The notes under the pieces were generated by a model, which was given only the letters and a program-made list of their open reading frames with translations, did not search any database and was not told the DNA's origin. The position numbers and the translations under genes are program-made. This document shows, piece after piece, positions 50,624 to 64,000 of a DNA stretch of 64,000 nucleotides. The stretch is taken from the NCBI RefSeq assembly GCF_963921235.1, contig NC_086108.1, positions 73,224,001-73,288,000 of the forward strand, in the 5' to 3' direction. The first letter of the stretch is position 1; each line of letters starts with the position of its first letter. This stretch comes from Mobula hypostoma. Its lineage: Eukaryota.

Positions 50624-51948
50624 ACTATCCTCCTTTATATTCTTGGCTAGCTTGCCTTCGTATCTCACCTTTTCTCCCTGTATTGCCTTTTTAGTTATCC
50701 TCTGTTGCTCTTTAAAAGTTTCCCAATCCTCTGGCTTCCCGCTCATCTTTGCTATGTTATACTTCTTCTCTTTTATTTTTATACTATCCTTGACTTCCTT
50801 TGTCAGCCACTGTCGCCCCTTACTCCCCTTAGAATCTTTCTTCCTCTTTGGAATGACTGGATCCTGCACCTTCTGTATTATTCCCAGAAATACCTGCCAT
50901 TGTTGTTCCACTGTCATCCCTGCTAGGGTATCTTTCCAGTCAACTTTGGCCAGCTCCTCCCTCATGGCTCCATAGTCCCCTTTGTTCAACTGCAATACAG
51001 ACACTTCCAATTTTCCCTTCTCCCTCTCAAATTGTAGTTTAAAACTTATCATATTATGGTCACTACCTCCTAATGGCTCCTTTACCTCGAGTTCCCTTAT
51101 CAAATCCAGTTCATTATATTGCCCCTCCCTAATGTACCTGCCTTCACAGCCTGTCCTGACACCCATCACTCTCTGTGTAAACAACATACCTCTGACATCC
51201 CCCCTATATTTTCCTCAAATCACCTTTAAATTATTTTCCCTCGTATTAGCCATCTCTGCTCCGGAATAAAGGGTCTGGCTATCCACTCTATGTCTCATCC
51301 TCTATCAAGTCACTTCTCTCCAACAAGAAAATCCCTAGCTTATTCAACCTGTCCTCAGAAGACATGCTAGTCCAGGCAGCATCCTGGTAAATGTCCTCTA
51401 AAGCTTCCACATTCTTCCAATGAAGAGGCGACCAGAATTGAACACGATATTCCAAGTGTAGTCTAAACAGAGTTTTATAGAGCTACACCATTATCCCGTG
51501 GCTTCTCCAACCAGTTCTTCACAGAGTTTCCCCAAAATCATACTGGCCAGATTTCTTCCTTTTTTTACCACCAGGGAAGTGGCCTAAAACTGTGACGTTT
51601 ACTTGCTTCCTTGCCATTATGCTCTTCACTGCTTCCAGTCAGCTTCTGTTTGCAACACTCGCAGCATTTGCTTTTGCTAAAGTGATCTGCCCTAAAGAGA
51701 CATAAGTTTGCTTTAATATTTCAAGTATTAATGATTTCTATATTGGACTTCTACTGATGCACTAAGCTAATGAATAGCATTGTTAACACTGGATACATAA
51801 AGCAATTAGGCGAATGAGGAGTGAGCCTGAAGCTGGCAAATTGCCTTGATCAGAAACGATCTCTGTGAGCTAATCAAGCATCCCAATCCTGGTAACTATT
51901 TCTGGGTGTGTGCAGTGTGGCCACCTACAATCTCCTGTCAATTTTCAC

Positions 51949-52161
51949 CTGGTAATGCTCTGGGAAGCACTTTGAGACTTCAAACACAAATTACTGCTGT
52001 TGCGTACAAACTTTGAAAAACAATTCATACAGTTTAAAAACATTTCAAAGTTCACAAGTCTATTACTCCCATTTTGTGTTCTGTCCAATCTCCCATTATA
52101 GCTCCCATTCTGAGTTTTGGGAAGTGCTGCATCAGTAGACAATCACAGGATGACTCAAAAA
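51949..52161 (-). pseudogene. Candidate 213-nt decayed exon
   Basis: Acceptor ttttgtttgtag and donor CAG|gtgaaa. Length is a multiple of 3. One frame is open for ~65 codons, but the phase-1 frame has 4 stops. Confidence 0.25.
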
Positions 52162-53329
52162 CTACAAACAAAAGCACAAAGATCTTATCACTAAATAAAA
52201 TTCTACTGATATTTTCAATGAATTAATGTAGTAAAAACAGTGAGAACATTCACCTATTCCATTTCTTAGTCACTACTGTACAGTGAATAATGTTGTATAT
52301 CCATTTAGTATAGTGACTGATTTGAAAATCAGATCATTCTGCTTCTGAAACAGTTAGGCAAAGGCTATAATTCATTAAAGTTTAACTGGAATCAGCTGGT
52401 GCCTGGGTTATGTCATTTATAGAGCTGTGTGCAATCATTCACTATGTTTCTTTAAACTGATAGTGACAAACAGAATTTCAATAAAGAGAATAAACTTTCA
52501 GGTTCAGCAAGTTGATCTGATGACAGTGATAGATAAACTAATGTTCTTAAATGTAAACAGAATATCTTGAGATCCATATTTTCAAGGAAATAATGATGCC
52601 ATCTGCAACGTGGTCGAAGAAATGCTCCATTTTTATTGAACGTTGCGCATAATGGAATCTATAAAGGAAAGCCCTATTTTCTCTCTTTCAGCCCTTTCTG
52701 AAACATTTCATTTCCTTTTCTGTCCCAGTCTGAAGGAATGTCAGAATCAGATTTAATAGTCACTTCCAAAAATGAATTGAATAAATATTTGAAGAGCAAG
52801 ATCCCTAGAACTTAGCAGAAAAAAAGATGGGAAGTGTAGCCAACTGGACCCTTTGAAAGAGGAAGTATATCTATGAAGGTCCAAATAGTTTCCTGTACTG
52901 AAATCTTTAATGATTCCTTGTCTTCATGATTGGATTAATAATTGAGGCTTCTGAGACTACACTGAACTACCAAGAATAAGGTTATCTTCTCCTTGTTAAT
53001 ATTTAGCATTTGGCTTTAGTTCCCAAGTTAGAAAACATAAGACGCGAGACATAAGACACAGGAGCAGATAGTTGTAAAAGCCCATCTAGTTCCCTAGTAT
53101 GGTTCAGGAAAGGACTTTTGTGTGACTTCAGTTCCTCCAGTGTAATCAACACTTGCCTACAACCTCAGTTCAGAAGCATTTAGGAATAAGACTAGGTCCA
53201 CATCATATGAAACAGTGAATTTTTAAAAAAGGTTATTATTGATGTATCTTCATTGTAGTATGACATTTTAGATGAACTCATTGAGCTCAATCATACTGTG
53301 ACAAGCTGCCCTCTTGCAATCAGAACCAT

Positions 53330-53980
53330 CTGTGGTAACATCCAACTGTACTCAAATAGACCAGATGCATGTCAGTCCAGGAATCCAAGACATCCTGGAC
53401 TCTGGTGGGAATGTGAAATGGCATGCAACTGGGAGGTCAGAATGACCACTGCAATGAGACACAGGTGCTCCAATGAACAGTTGTCTAGTCTACACCTTGA
53501 ATCGGCAATGTAGGAATGGCCATCTCAAGAGCACCAGATGCAGTGGAGGAAGTTGGATAGCATTGAGAGAGGAGGCAAAGGGACAGGTGTTGCCCCTCCT
53601 ATGTTTGCAGGGTAAGTGCCAGGGGATGGACAGAGGTAGGTGGCAAGGGGTGAGAAAACCAGAGAGTCATTGATTAAGTGGTCCCTGTGTGAAAAAAAAG
53701 GAATGAGGAAGGAAAGATGTGACTGATGGTGAGATCTTCTTGCAGCTGCTGGAAATGATGAAGGATGATGTGTTCAATGTAGAGGCCAGTTGGGTGAAAG
53801 ATGAGGAGCAAAGAAACTCTATCCTTCTACTGTCTGGATGAAGGGGAGTGTTAGAGCAGAAGTCTAGGAAATGGAGGAAATGCAGATGTGGACTCTGTCA
53901 GCCACAGTAGAGTGGCAACCAAGTTTCCTGAGTACAGGAGAATTTTTCAGATGTCCTGGAACTCATCTTGAGACCAGATG
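53330..53980 (-). mobile_element. Old Penelope-like fragment
   Basis: Reverse-complement similarity to 38700-39200 and 59000-59520. Confidence 0.6.
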
Positions 53981-54767
53981 GTGAAACATAACACCAGTGT
54001 TAATATGATGTTTCTGAAAGTTGTTTATTTAAGTTAGTACCAACATGAGAGAGCTTCACTTCCTAAAAGAAAAGGTACTAAACACTGTTAAGGGATATTA
54101 AATAGTTCAATTGATAATAGAACATCATGCGAAACCGTATGTTAGGTATGATGATACCAATATGATGTCAAATCTTGAAATTACATTGAAAATTTCAGAA
54201 GACTCTAATAAATAACCAGTTTAAAGAATAGTTGTACTCCAGACATACATCCGACAATGCTGGAGAGAACTGGTGCTCAGGATAAATTTTAATAAACTAG
54301 ACGCTCATCTGACAAATTGTGATATATCCTCGAGCAGTCACAAATTGGAAACATAGGTGTACATTAAATTTGCCAGGACTTGAGATGCTGGATGGCTGTT
54401 GGAAGGACAATTGTATCACTAAAAGAGAAAAATAGAAGAGAGTGTTCAGGGAGGAGGAAAGGCCTTGTAAACATTGCTGCAGTAGCCCAGTGAGTCAGGG
54501 AGAAGAAAGAGGAGAAGAAAATATGGAGCAGATCATTGAGGGCTGATGGAAGCCTGGGCAGGAAAAGGAGGTAATCAGAAGAGCATTGTATCACAGAAAA
54601 TGGGGCTGGTGCATTTGCTGAGGAATTTAACAATGAAGATTGAAGGCCCAATGTTGAAGTCTGGTGGAGAGTGGATTTTGGACTGAGGGGGGATTGTCAA
54701 TGGCCTCGGAAGCTTTCACGATCTTCCTGACCTAAGCACAATATCTATTCCATACAGTAATTCTTAC

Positions 54768-54815
54768 CTGCCTTCATTTGCTGGGATTTCGATGACTGGA
54801 ACACTGCAGTGTCAC
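54768..54815 (-). other. 48-nt symmetric phase-1 exon candidate
   Basis: Strong acceptor tttttcctttctcattttgcttcaaag and donor CAG|gtaaga. The phase-1 frame is open: (G)DTAVFQSSKSQQMKA(G). Confidence 0.55.
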
Positions 54816-57800
54816 CTTTGAAGCAAAATGAGAAAGGAAAAAAGTCACAGCTTTATTAAAACAGTTTTGAATATGCAGACAGGGAATTAATTAGTTTCTA
54901 CACAGGAATGTAATGGCTCCATTAAAACCAAAGAGAATGAGTTGGATTTGGTTTTGAAAGTGTTGTAAATTTAAATTTTTATCCAAAGCAGAAAGCAGGA
55001 GTTAAAATTATTTCATCAGTTCCATCAACTGATATTCTGGCCATCCCAGAACATTTCCTCTTCATCATCTAGAATTGATTAATAAACTTCACAAGATATC
55101 TTATTGAACAAATTCTGTAAATCAATATGGATGTTGATTACATTCCTTTTATCTATCACGTTGACCACATCTTCAAAACTCTCTTTAATATGTCAAACAT
55201 GTGTTTTCTTCATTCCACACTGTCCTAGATTAACACAAACTGTTCAATACAATGACTAGTCTGATCTTAAATTATTAATTCAAAAAGTGCGTGCAGAACT
55301 AATTTTAAGCCAACTTAACTATGGGTTATATTCCTCAATATTCCTGAATAAACTGCCATATTATTTACTCTCCAATCTCTTGTATATTTTTTTACTTTTT
55401 AAGGAGGTTTGAAAGGTTGTGGTCAGAAACTTTGAAAGTAAAATTTCAACTGTGTGATGCACCTTGTATGGATAATGGAAATGGCAATTTGTGCTCTGCC
55501 TGTTTTGTGAACCAGAAAAATCAATAAACTGCTGGAAATCTGAAATAAATACAGAAAATTCTAGAAACACTCAGCAAGTCAGTCAGGATTTGTGGAAAGA
55601 GACACTAATATTAGAATTAATCTCTCAGTTTGAAGATACTTCATCAGGGAGTCATGGTAACTAGATAAAGAGCATGCAAGTGCATGTTCCATTCTTTCAC
55701 CCTCTGCAAAAGTTCAAAATAGCCAGATTGTGCCATCAATATGTGCGCAATGCTGATCTAGCTGAAACAGCAACAAAGTGGACTGCAAAATACAGCTAAC
55801 ACCTCTGAACAGCCAAAGCAGAAGATGATCCACTTAATGCCAAGAAGGCTTGATTATTTACAAGTTTGTTGGTGACTTTTCTACAGAATATTGTTTTGGA
55901 TCAAATAGATTTCTTAAGAGATTATAATGAGTAAGAGAGTGATGTTTCAAAAGCTCAATGAGACTGCGTTGACTTCAAGGCTTCTTGAACACCGGACTTG
56001 TGCTTAAGTTGTAAATCATCCCCTTCTTCCTCATTTCTAACACAAGAGGGAGATTGAGGTGGTGGTGTGCATTGGCAGGACAACTCGAGGGAAGATAAGG
56101 AGATGGAAAAGGAAGAAAAAAAGATCCACAATATTATTCAGGTTCAACTCTCTAACACCACCTAAATCTATTGATTCATTGAGGAGATCGAAGCTGAAAT
56201 GCACAAGATAATCTCATCACTACCGTAGGTGTACTTTAGGTTTGCACAAGGTTTGTTTGCTTCTGTTAAATTCTTGGTGGCCGTAAACGCTCATGAATTC
56301 AGTTTGTTTCAACCATGAAATGGAGCACCTGCAATGCGTTCCATTTCTCAAGAATCCTACCTGATGAGAGCTGAATATATCTATTTTTTCTTTGCAAGAG
56401 AACTACAGGCAGTAAGCACTTCTAGCTTATCAAGGATAGTAAGCTACCCCATGCTGCAAAGTTTACGTAGATCAACTCAATGATGTGCTATATCCAAATG
56501 GCAATCACACCTTGGAAGTTCAATTATTGTGTTTACCACACATATGGCAGCATGTTGGTCAATATTTGCAAGTATTCACTTCACAGCAGAGTGCTGTTCC
56601 TTCAATAACTCAGCCTCCACAGCAAAGTCAAAGGGTGGCTACTGCACAACGGGGACCATAGTCACATGGTTCCACACTTAGGCAAAAAGACTCATACAGG
56701 TGACATCATGCCTACAATAAAAGTCATGCTGTCACATGGAAAATAATGAGGAAGGTCATCTGCGTGAACAAAGGTTCAGCAGGTCATTCTTCTCTGAATA
56801 CACCCTGTTGTTCTCCATCCTAAGGCGAGAGCACATTGGGACTCATCGTGGTCTGCTGTATACTGTATTGGTGGAATATTACAGATTAGTTGTACAGGCC
56901 CTGTTCTTTTGCACACAATGCCTTGGGCCCAGTATAATTCTGGGGGAAAAAAAGTCCCAAAAAGCGAGGATGCTTGTAATCATCTTTCGATTATGCTTGT
57001 GATTACTACTCACTGGCATCTGAAAACTCGCCCACTTTTGTTGCTTTTTGGACTGCGGCAGTGGTGAACTTTTGTATTCATTCCTGCTTTTACGCCTTTG
57101 CTCATCAGTGCTAATCCAGCCCTCTTCCCGACCTCTGAACAACAAAACCCTTTGCCAGCTCTTATGATACATAATACGTATCTTTAAATTTCAATCTAGT
57201 CTTTGTGGAATTTTTAGAGCAAAAAATGGATTTATGTGAAGTTAATAGAATTCTGAACTAACACAAAAAAACCTATGTATTTCCACATCAGTACACAATT
57301 TTCAATTTAATCTTATTTTAAGTTGCTTAAGTCAGTTGAGTATTTTGACCTCTACCATACTGTGCCCTTGAACTCATAACCATGTATTACACAGTCCTCA
57401 TCTTCAGTGGCAAAAGTAGCATTTTTCTAAAGAAGACCATGCAATACAAAAAAAAGACAACCTTTGTCATCTGAACTTGCTTTAAACTTTCTCTGCAAAT
57501 ATTTTCATTGTAGCTTCATTACTTCTGGAATTACTGTGGAAACATAAAACTCAAGTTTTATTTTTCAAAACTTATTAACTATTTACAGTTAAATTAATGT
57601 ACAATTCACACAATTGTACACCTTTTTTAAGACAGAAGTCTATAGACTAGATTTATTGTTCATAATTTAAGCATAGTCTTAACTGATTAACACCCTCTTT
57701 TCAAGCCTAAAACTTAGTTGAAAAGCAGAAACTGGTGGCTTGCAAGTCATCTAAAATTGAGACCAGGGCTTCATTTTAATAGCAGAGATAAATTTCTACT

Positions 57801-58954
57801 ACCAATTGTGTTCAGAGTAACTCAGCCTGTATTGGCATTTGAAATTTGAGGATGCTGTTGCCAGCCATCAATTAAATCTTTAGAGCAAAGTCATGAGTGA
57901 AATTGTATTGAGCCAAGTATGGCCAACAAAGAGCCTCGTTAGCTGGAGAAGGCATAGATCATTTTCTGCATATATTTTCACTAATTATGGAGGAAGCTGA
58001 AATGATCACTGAACTTTTGTTTGCAGAGATCTATCAGGTTTTATTTTAATTATATTTTTATGGCAATTAGATGCATTTCAGTAGCTTCAGAATACAATTA
58101 GTAAGGGATGATCAAATGGGTTTTTACAACAATCCAGTCATTTCATGGTCACCCTTACTAATGGTAGCTTTTTTATTGCATATAATTTAATTATAACCTG
58201 TTTTATATGTCTGAGGTACTTTGGTGTGCTTTAAACTTGTTCCTCTACACTATTTTTCTGATCTAGCTTGGTTTAATATACCCTCCTCAACATCTCAGCT
58301 GTAACTGGGGCTAAGTGCACAAATTGCATGTGAATGTCGAAGCAGACCATCGGTTATAGTGGCCAGACAATGGGCACATGCAGCCAAGTTTTGTATTCCA
58401 CCTTCCTTAAAAATGTAAAGACTTCCTCAATCTCTTTGCCTTATTGTGAGTACAGTGAATCATAGGATACATTAGTCACACATTCGTGACCTGCTCTTTC
58501 AATACAATAGGTGAAAGCTATATATAAAATGCATCTGGCAATGATTTTGGTTTTGTCTTCCACATCCTGGCTTTTCCTTTCCAGCCCCTCTTTCAGTGGC
58601 TCTCCAAATATCCTGAGTGAATTACTGCAGTCTCCTTCAGTAACTTCTATTTGTTAGTGTGACAGGAAAACCATATAAAGAAAGCAGATTTAATGCCTCA
58701 CCATATTGATTTTGCCTGTGTGCTGCCTCCCCAGTAGCTCGACCTTACAGACCAGAAGTTTCTGGGCTGAACTGAGCTAGCCAATGAAATACGATTCAAA
58801 TTGTTCAGAGATGAAAGTGGTGTGAAAGTTGGGTGGAGGAAATGTGAGAGCAAGTGCCAAGGGGAATAGTGGGAAAGAAGGAATAGGGCCAGTGGGTTAC
58901 TGTCTCATCTGATCATCCTTTGAATTCTGGTTGAGCTAACATAGCTGGGCATTA

Positions 58955-59950
58955 TAAACAAGAGAAAATCTGCAGATGCTGAAAAGATCTTCTATTTCAC
59001 GAAAATTTGCTCTTACCCCATCGTCCCACCAACCTAACAGGGATAGAGTTCCTCTTTTCCTCACCTACCACCCCACCAGACTTCACATCCAACACATGAT
59101 TCTCTGAAACTTCCGCCTCCTCCAACTGGATCCCACCACCAAGCACATCCTTCCCTCCCCCCAACTTTCTGCTTTTTCGCTCCCTACATAATCCCCTGTC
59201 TATTTGTCCCTCCCCACTGATCTCTCTCCTGGCACTTATCCTTGCAAGCAGAACAAGTGCTACACCTCCTGTCTCACTACCATTCATGGCCCTCAACAAT
59301 CCTTGCAGGTGAGGTGACACTTCACCCGTGAGTCTGTTGGGGTCATTTACTGTGTTTAGAGCTCCCAGTCTAGCCTCCTGTACATTGGCGAGACCCACCA
59401 TAGTTTGGGAGACCGCTTCGCCGAGCATCTATGAAAAAGCAGGGTCTCCCAGTGGCCACCTATTTTAATTCCACTTCCCATTCCCATTCTGATATATCCA
59501 TCCATGGCCTCCTCCATTGTCATGATGAGGCCACACTTAAGGTTGGAGGAACAGCACTTTATATTCCATTTGCACACCTCCAACTTGATGCTTGCACATC
59601 GATTTCTAAAATTTCCAATAATGCTTCCCACCACCCCCCACCCCCGTACCATTTCCCATCCCCTTTTCCCTCTCTCACCTTATCTCCTTGCTTGCCCATC
59701 ACCTCCCTCTGGTGCTCCTCGCCCCCTTTTCTCTCTTCCATGGTCTTCCGTCTCTTTCACCAGTCAACTTCCCAGCTCTTTACCTCATCCCTCCCCCTCC
59801 AAGTTTCACCTATCACCTGATTTTTCTCTCTCCCCTCCCCCCACCTTTCAAATCTACTCCTCAGCTTTTTTTTTTCCAGTCCTGCTGAAGGGTTTCGGCC
59901 CGAAACGTCCATAGATGCTGCCTGGCCTGCTGAGGTCCTTCAGCATTTTG
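58955..59950 (+). mobile_element. Penelope-like 3' fragment (GIY-YIG plus pLTR)
   Basis: LYIGET..DRFAEHL and PVATYFNSTSHS. pLTR with CTGCTGAAGGGTTTCGGCCCGAAACGTC at ~59882-59909. Short inverted pLTR piece at ~58955-58985. Confidence 0.85.
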
Positions 59951-60791
59951 TCTGGACATTATAAAGATGTGATTTGGCTGCAATTCTTTCTTCAGCAGCG
60001 ATGTGGCCAATCATTCATGAAGCCCTCTGTGAAAAATGAACCAGAGAATGTCCCGGTTCTCCAGAATAATAATCCAGCAGGGAATGAAAACTTGTAGGGT
60101 ATAGTTCTATGTTTAATCGTCAAACACTTCACCAGATAAATAAATAGATAACCTATCACTCTTGAAGCTGCACTACTCTTCCTCATAAGAATTAAAAATA
60201 TAAAACAGGAAGTTTTACAGTGGAAGGAATGTTAATTAGCTAGAAGAGCTAAAATGTAATGTCTGGCCTTGGCTCCGCTTATCTATTTTTTTGTATCAGA
60301 TCAGTATTAGCAAAACATAAGTTACTATAAAAACGTCAAAAACACATAATAATGAATGTAAGGCATTTGATCTTTAGCTGCCTGTCTTCCAACTGGCTAC
60401 CTCTCTGAGATGTTTTGTGAAAACTAGCAGCCACAGGCTCCCTCCCAAAGGGCTTTGACAGGACTTGCATTGAATTACTGATGGATGCTGCCTTCCACAG
60501 AGCATCCAATATCTTTCGCATCTTTGAGAGGAGATGAAGCACAAATCTTGAGTGCACAGCTATTCTGATTGAATGGATTGCTGCTCTTAACAGTGATGGC
60601 CACATCCTGTGAATGAATAAAAGGCATCTATATACTGAGAACAATTTATGTGGAGTTGTAATGAGATTGAATCAGTCTTCTTTCAAGACACTTTTTACAA
60701 AACACTTGCCTCCTCTATACCAGATCTCCTGAGACAAGGAATTTCGATATTTTAACCTTTACCGTGCTTTCTTATTTTTAACATGTAACGA

Positions 60792-60947
60792 GAGGGCGTA
60801 GAAGGTGTTGAGTTCATTGCCATTCATGCTGTTGGGTTTTGCTTTGTAGGAAGTAATTTCTTGCAGACCCTGCCAGAGTTGCCGTGCATCTGATGTCGCC
60901 TCCAACCTCGTTCGAAATTGTCTCTTCACCCTTGAAAGAGCCCTCCA
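60792..60947 (-). mobile_element. Inverted Rex1/Babar fragment at the 5' junction of the downstream copy
   Basis: RLEATSDARQLWQGLQEITSYKAKPNSMNG is homologous to ~61990-62160. Confidence 0.85.
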
Positions 60948-60950
60948 CGA

Positions 60951-63845
60951 CACTAAGCAATTATCATCAACAGTTCACTTGCAATACCAGAGGAAATAAC
61001 ACACCGGATCATGGCTATGCCACCATCAAGAATGCCTACCGTGCTATTCCACGCCTTCATTTCGGGAAGTCTGATCACCTGGCTGTACTTCTACTCCCTG
61101 AGTATAGGCAGAGACTGAAGACTGCAGCACCAGCAGTGAAAACCTGTTGCAACGAATGAGGCGGACCCAAGTGCAGGACACAGGCACGGAGATTTGGTTA
61201 AGATGCAGATGTGAATGGCAAACAGGAGGGAGAGCAAGTAGGCAGAAGACGGACAGAATTTATCTTGACTCGGAGAGTAGAGAAAGAAATGGCGGACAAA
61301 ACTCTTCTTAGTACGGAGAGACAGAGTTACACTGAAGTAAAACTCTAGAGACCTATCTTGGCGCGGAGAGGCTGGGTTTCACAGGTAAACCTCTGAACTG
61401 GAATTGAGCTTAGAAAACTGATCTTGACACGAAGAGACAGAGTTTCACAGGTAATTCTCGATACTGGAGCAAAACTTAGAACATACAGTCCTCAGCGGCC
61501 AGGAAACATTAATTACCACAAAGGCAAAACCAACAATCTGGCAACTAGTGGTTGTAATGCTGGGGTTCTTATGCTGCAGGTCCTAATAGAAACCAGGTGT
61601 GTCGTCATCAAAGAGAATTAGGAGCAAATGGGAAATTAACCATTGGAACAGTGGCACAATCATAAGAAATTAGGAGAAAATAGGGAATTAACGATCGGGA
61701 CCGTGACAGAACCAAGGGAAGCACAGGGGTGTCTACAGGACTGCTTTGAATTGGTGGACTGGACTGTATTCAGGGATTCATCGTCGAACCTGGGATAAGT
61801 ATGCTGCAGTTGTTACCGACTTCATTAAAACCTGCGTGGATGAGCATGTGCCCACAAAGACTTACTGTACATTGCCAAACCAAAAGCTGTGGATGAACCA
61901 GGAGGTACGTTGTCTGCTGAAGGCTAGATCCATGGCATTCAAATCTGGAGATCCAGGCCTGTACCAGAAAACCAGGTATGATTTGCAGAGGACTATTTCA
62001 AGTGGGAAGAGACAATCTTGAATGAGGTTGGAGGTGACATCAGATGTATGGCAACTCTGGCAGGGTTTGCAAGATATTACTTCCTACAAAGCAAAACCCA
62101 ATAGCATGAATGGCAGCGATGCTTCACTACCAGATGAACTCAACAACTTCTATACCCACTTTGAAAGGGAGAACACAACTACAGCTGTGAAGATCCCTGC
62201 TGCACCTGATGGCCCTGTGATCTCTGTCTCAGAGGCTGATGTTAGGTTGTCTTTAAAGAGAGTGAACCCTCTCAAGGCGGAAGGTCCGAATGGAATACCT
62301 GGTAAGGCTCTGAAAACCTGTACCATCCAACTAGTGGGAGTATTCAAGGACATTTTCAACCTCTTACTGCTACGGGAGAAAGTTCCCACTTGCTTCAAAA
62401 AGGCAACAATTATACCAGTGCCTAAGAAAAATAATGTGGGCTGCCTTAATGACCATCGCCTGGTAGCACTTGCATCTAACAGTGATGAAATGCTATGAGA
62501 GGTTAGTCATGACTAGACAGAACTCCTGCCTCAGTAAGGACCTGGACCCTTTGCATTTTGCCTATTGCCACAATAGGTCAATGGCAGACACATTCTCAAT
62601 GGCTGTACTCACTGTTTTAGACCACCTGGACAACACGGACACCTGTCAGGATGCTGTTAATCGACTATAGCTCAGCATTTAATACCATCATTCCCACAAT
62701 CCTGATTGAGAAGTTTCAGAACCTGGGCCTCTATACCTCCCTCTGCAATTGGATCCTCACCTTCCTAACTGGAAGACCACAATCTGTGTGGATTGGTGAT
62801 AACATCTCCTCCTCACTGACGATCAAAACTGGTGCACCTCAGGGGTGTGTGCTTAGCCCACTGCTCTACTCTCTATATACACATGACTGTGTGGCTACAC
62901 ATAGCTCAAATACCATCTATAACTTTGCTGATGATACAACAATTGTTGGTAGAGTCTCAGGTGGTGACGAGAGAGCGTACAGGAGTGAGATATGCCAACT
63001 AGCAGAGTGGTGCTGCAGCAACAACCTGGCACTCAACATCAGTAAGACAAAAGATCTGGTTGTGGACTTCAGGAAGGGTAAGGCAAAGGAACACATACCA
63101 ATCCTCATAGAGGGATGAGAAGGGGAGAGAGTGAGCAGCTTTAAGTTCCTGGGTGTCAAAATCTCTGAGGATCTAACCTAGTCCCAACAAATCAATGTAG
63201 TTATAAAGAAGGCAAGGCAGCAGCTATACTTCGTTAGGAATTTGAAGAGATTTAACATGTCAATAAATACACCCACAAACTTCTATAGTTGTACCGTGGA
63301 GAGCATTCTGACAGGCTGCATCACTGTCTGGTATGGAGCGGCTGCTGCACAGAACCGAAAGAAGCTGCAGAAGGTTGTAAATCTAGTCGGCTTCATCTTG
63401 GGTACTAGCCTACAAAGTACCCAGGACATCTTCAGGGAGCTGTGTCTCAGAAAGACAGTGTCCTTCATTAAGGACTTCCAGCACCCAGGGCATACCCTTA
63501 TTTCACTGTTACCATCAGGTAGGAGGTACAGAAGCCTGAAGGCTCACACTCAGCGATTCAGGAACAGCTTCTTCCCCTCTGCCATCTGATTCCTAAATGG
63601 ACATTGAACCCTTAAACACTACCTCACTTTTTTTAAATATACAGTATTTCTGTTTTTTGCACGTTTTTTAATCTATTCAATATGCATATACTGTAATTGA
63701 TTTACTTATTTATTTATTATTATTATTTTATTCTTTTTTTTCTCTTCTATATTATGTATTGCATTGAACTGCTGCTGCTAAGTTAATAAATTTCACTTCA
63801 CATGCCGGTGATAATAAACCTAATTCTGATTCTGATTCTGATTTT
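60951..63845 (+). mobile_element. Rex1/Babar-type LINE, 5'-truncated, frameshifted
   Basis: EN end HFGKSDH. RT motifs [33 protein letters not shown]-terminal LPSGRRYRS..RNSFFPSAI. AATAAA and (ATTCTG)n tail. Confidence 0.92.
61145..61708. mobile_element. Solo LTR (564 bp) inserted in the Rex1 LINE
   Basis: TGT...ACA termini. TSD-like AAACC/GAACC (61140-61144, 61709-61713). LINE sequence resumes after it. Confidence 0.7.
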
Positions 63846-64000
63846 GAGGAGGGATTATTAGAGAAAGAGACAATATTTTTATTTTCAATGGCTATGGTGG
63901 TAGTTAATAGCGTTACTCCTGTGCCACTCAGTCAGCCACTCCCACATGGGAGGAGTTCACATACTATACAAAGAGGGTTATCAATAAAGTTCAGTTGGGT

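Larger units (their letters stand above)
44330..51115 (-). mobile_element. CR1 LINE split by the Gypsy insertion (44330-46165 and 50624-51115)
   Basis: The EN end (EPLGGSDHN) lies right of the Gypsy and the RT and C-terminal ORFs (44414-46142) lie left of it. Removing the insert restores aagcttttactatcctcc. Confidence 0.95.

Noticed and set aside
50405..51187. 260-aa ORF as a novel fusion gene
   Set aside because: CR1 ORF2 fragment reading through into the LTR, with a start in flanking repeat sequence.

Overview
Repeat-dense eukaryotic DNA. The repeat families point to a vertebrate, most likely a cartilaginous fish (inference). No intact host gene is visible. The window holds CR1, Rex1/Babar and Penelope-like retroelements, SINEs, Tc1-, Tigger- and hAT-like DNA transposon relics, two solo LTRs with TSDs, and one near-complete Ty3/Gypsy element (46166-50623, minus) nested in a CR1. 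That Gypsy element has no tRNA-type PBS. A perfect 16-nt complement of its own LTR, covering the AATAAA, sits at the PBS position, which suggests self-priming and/or 5'-LTR poly(A) occlusion. The non-repeat DNA contains minus-strand exon-like segments (48, 213 and 222 nt, plus larger ones) with stops and TE insertions, suggesting an unidentified, decayed multi-exon gene across the window. Penelope terminal repeats carry degenerate minimal hammerhead motifs. Family names come from motif recognition, not database searches, and the boundaries of old repeats are approximate.
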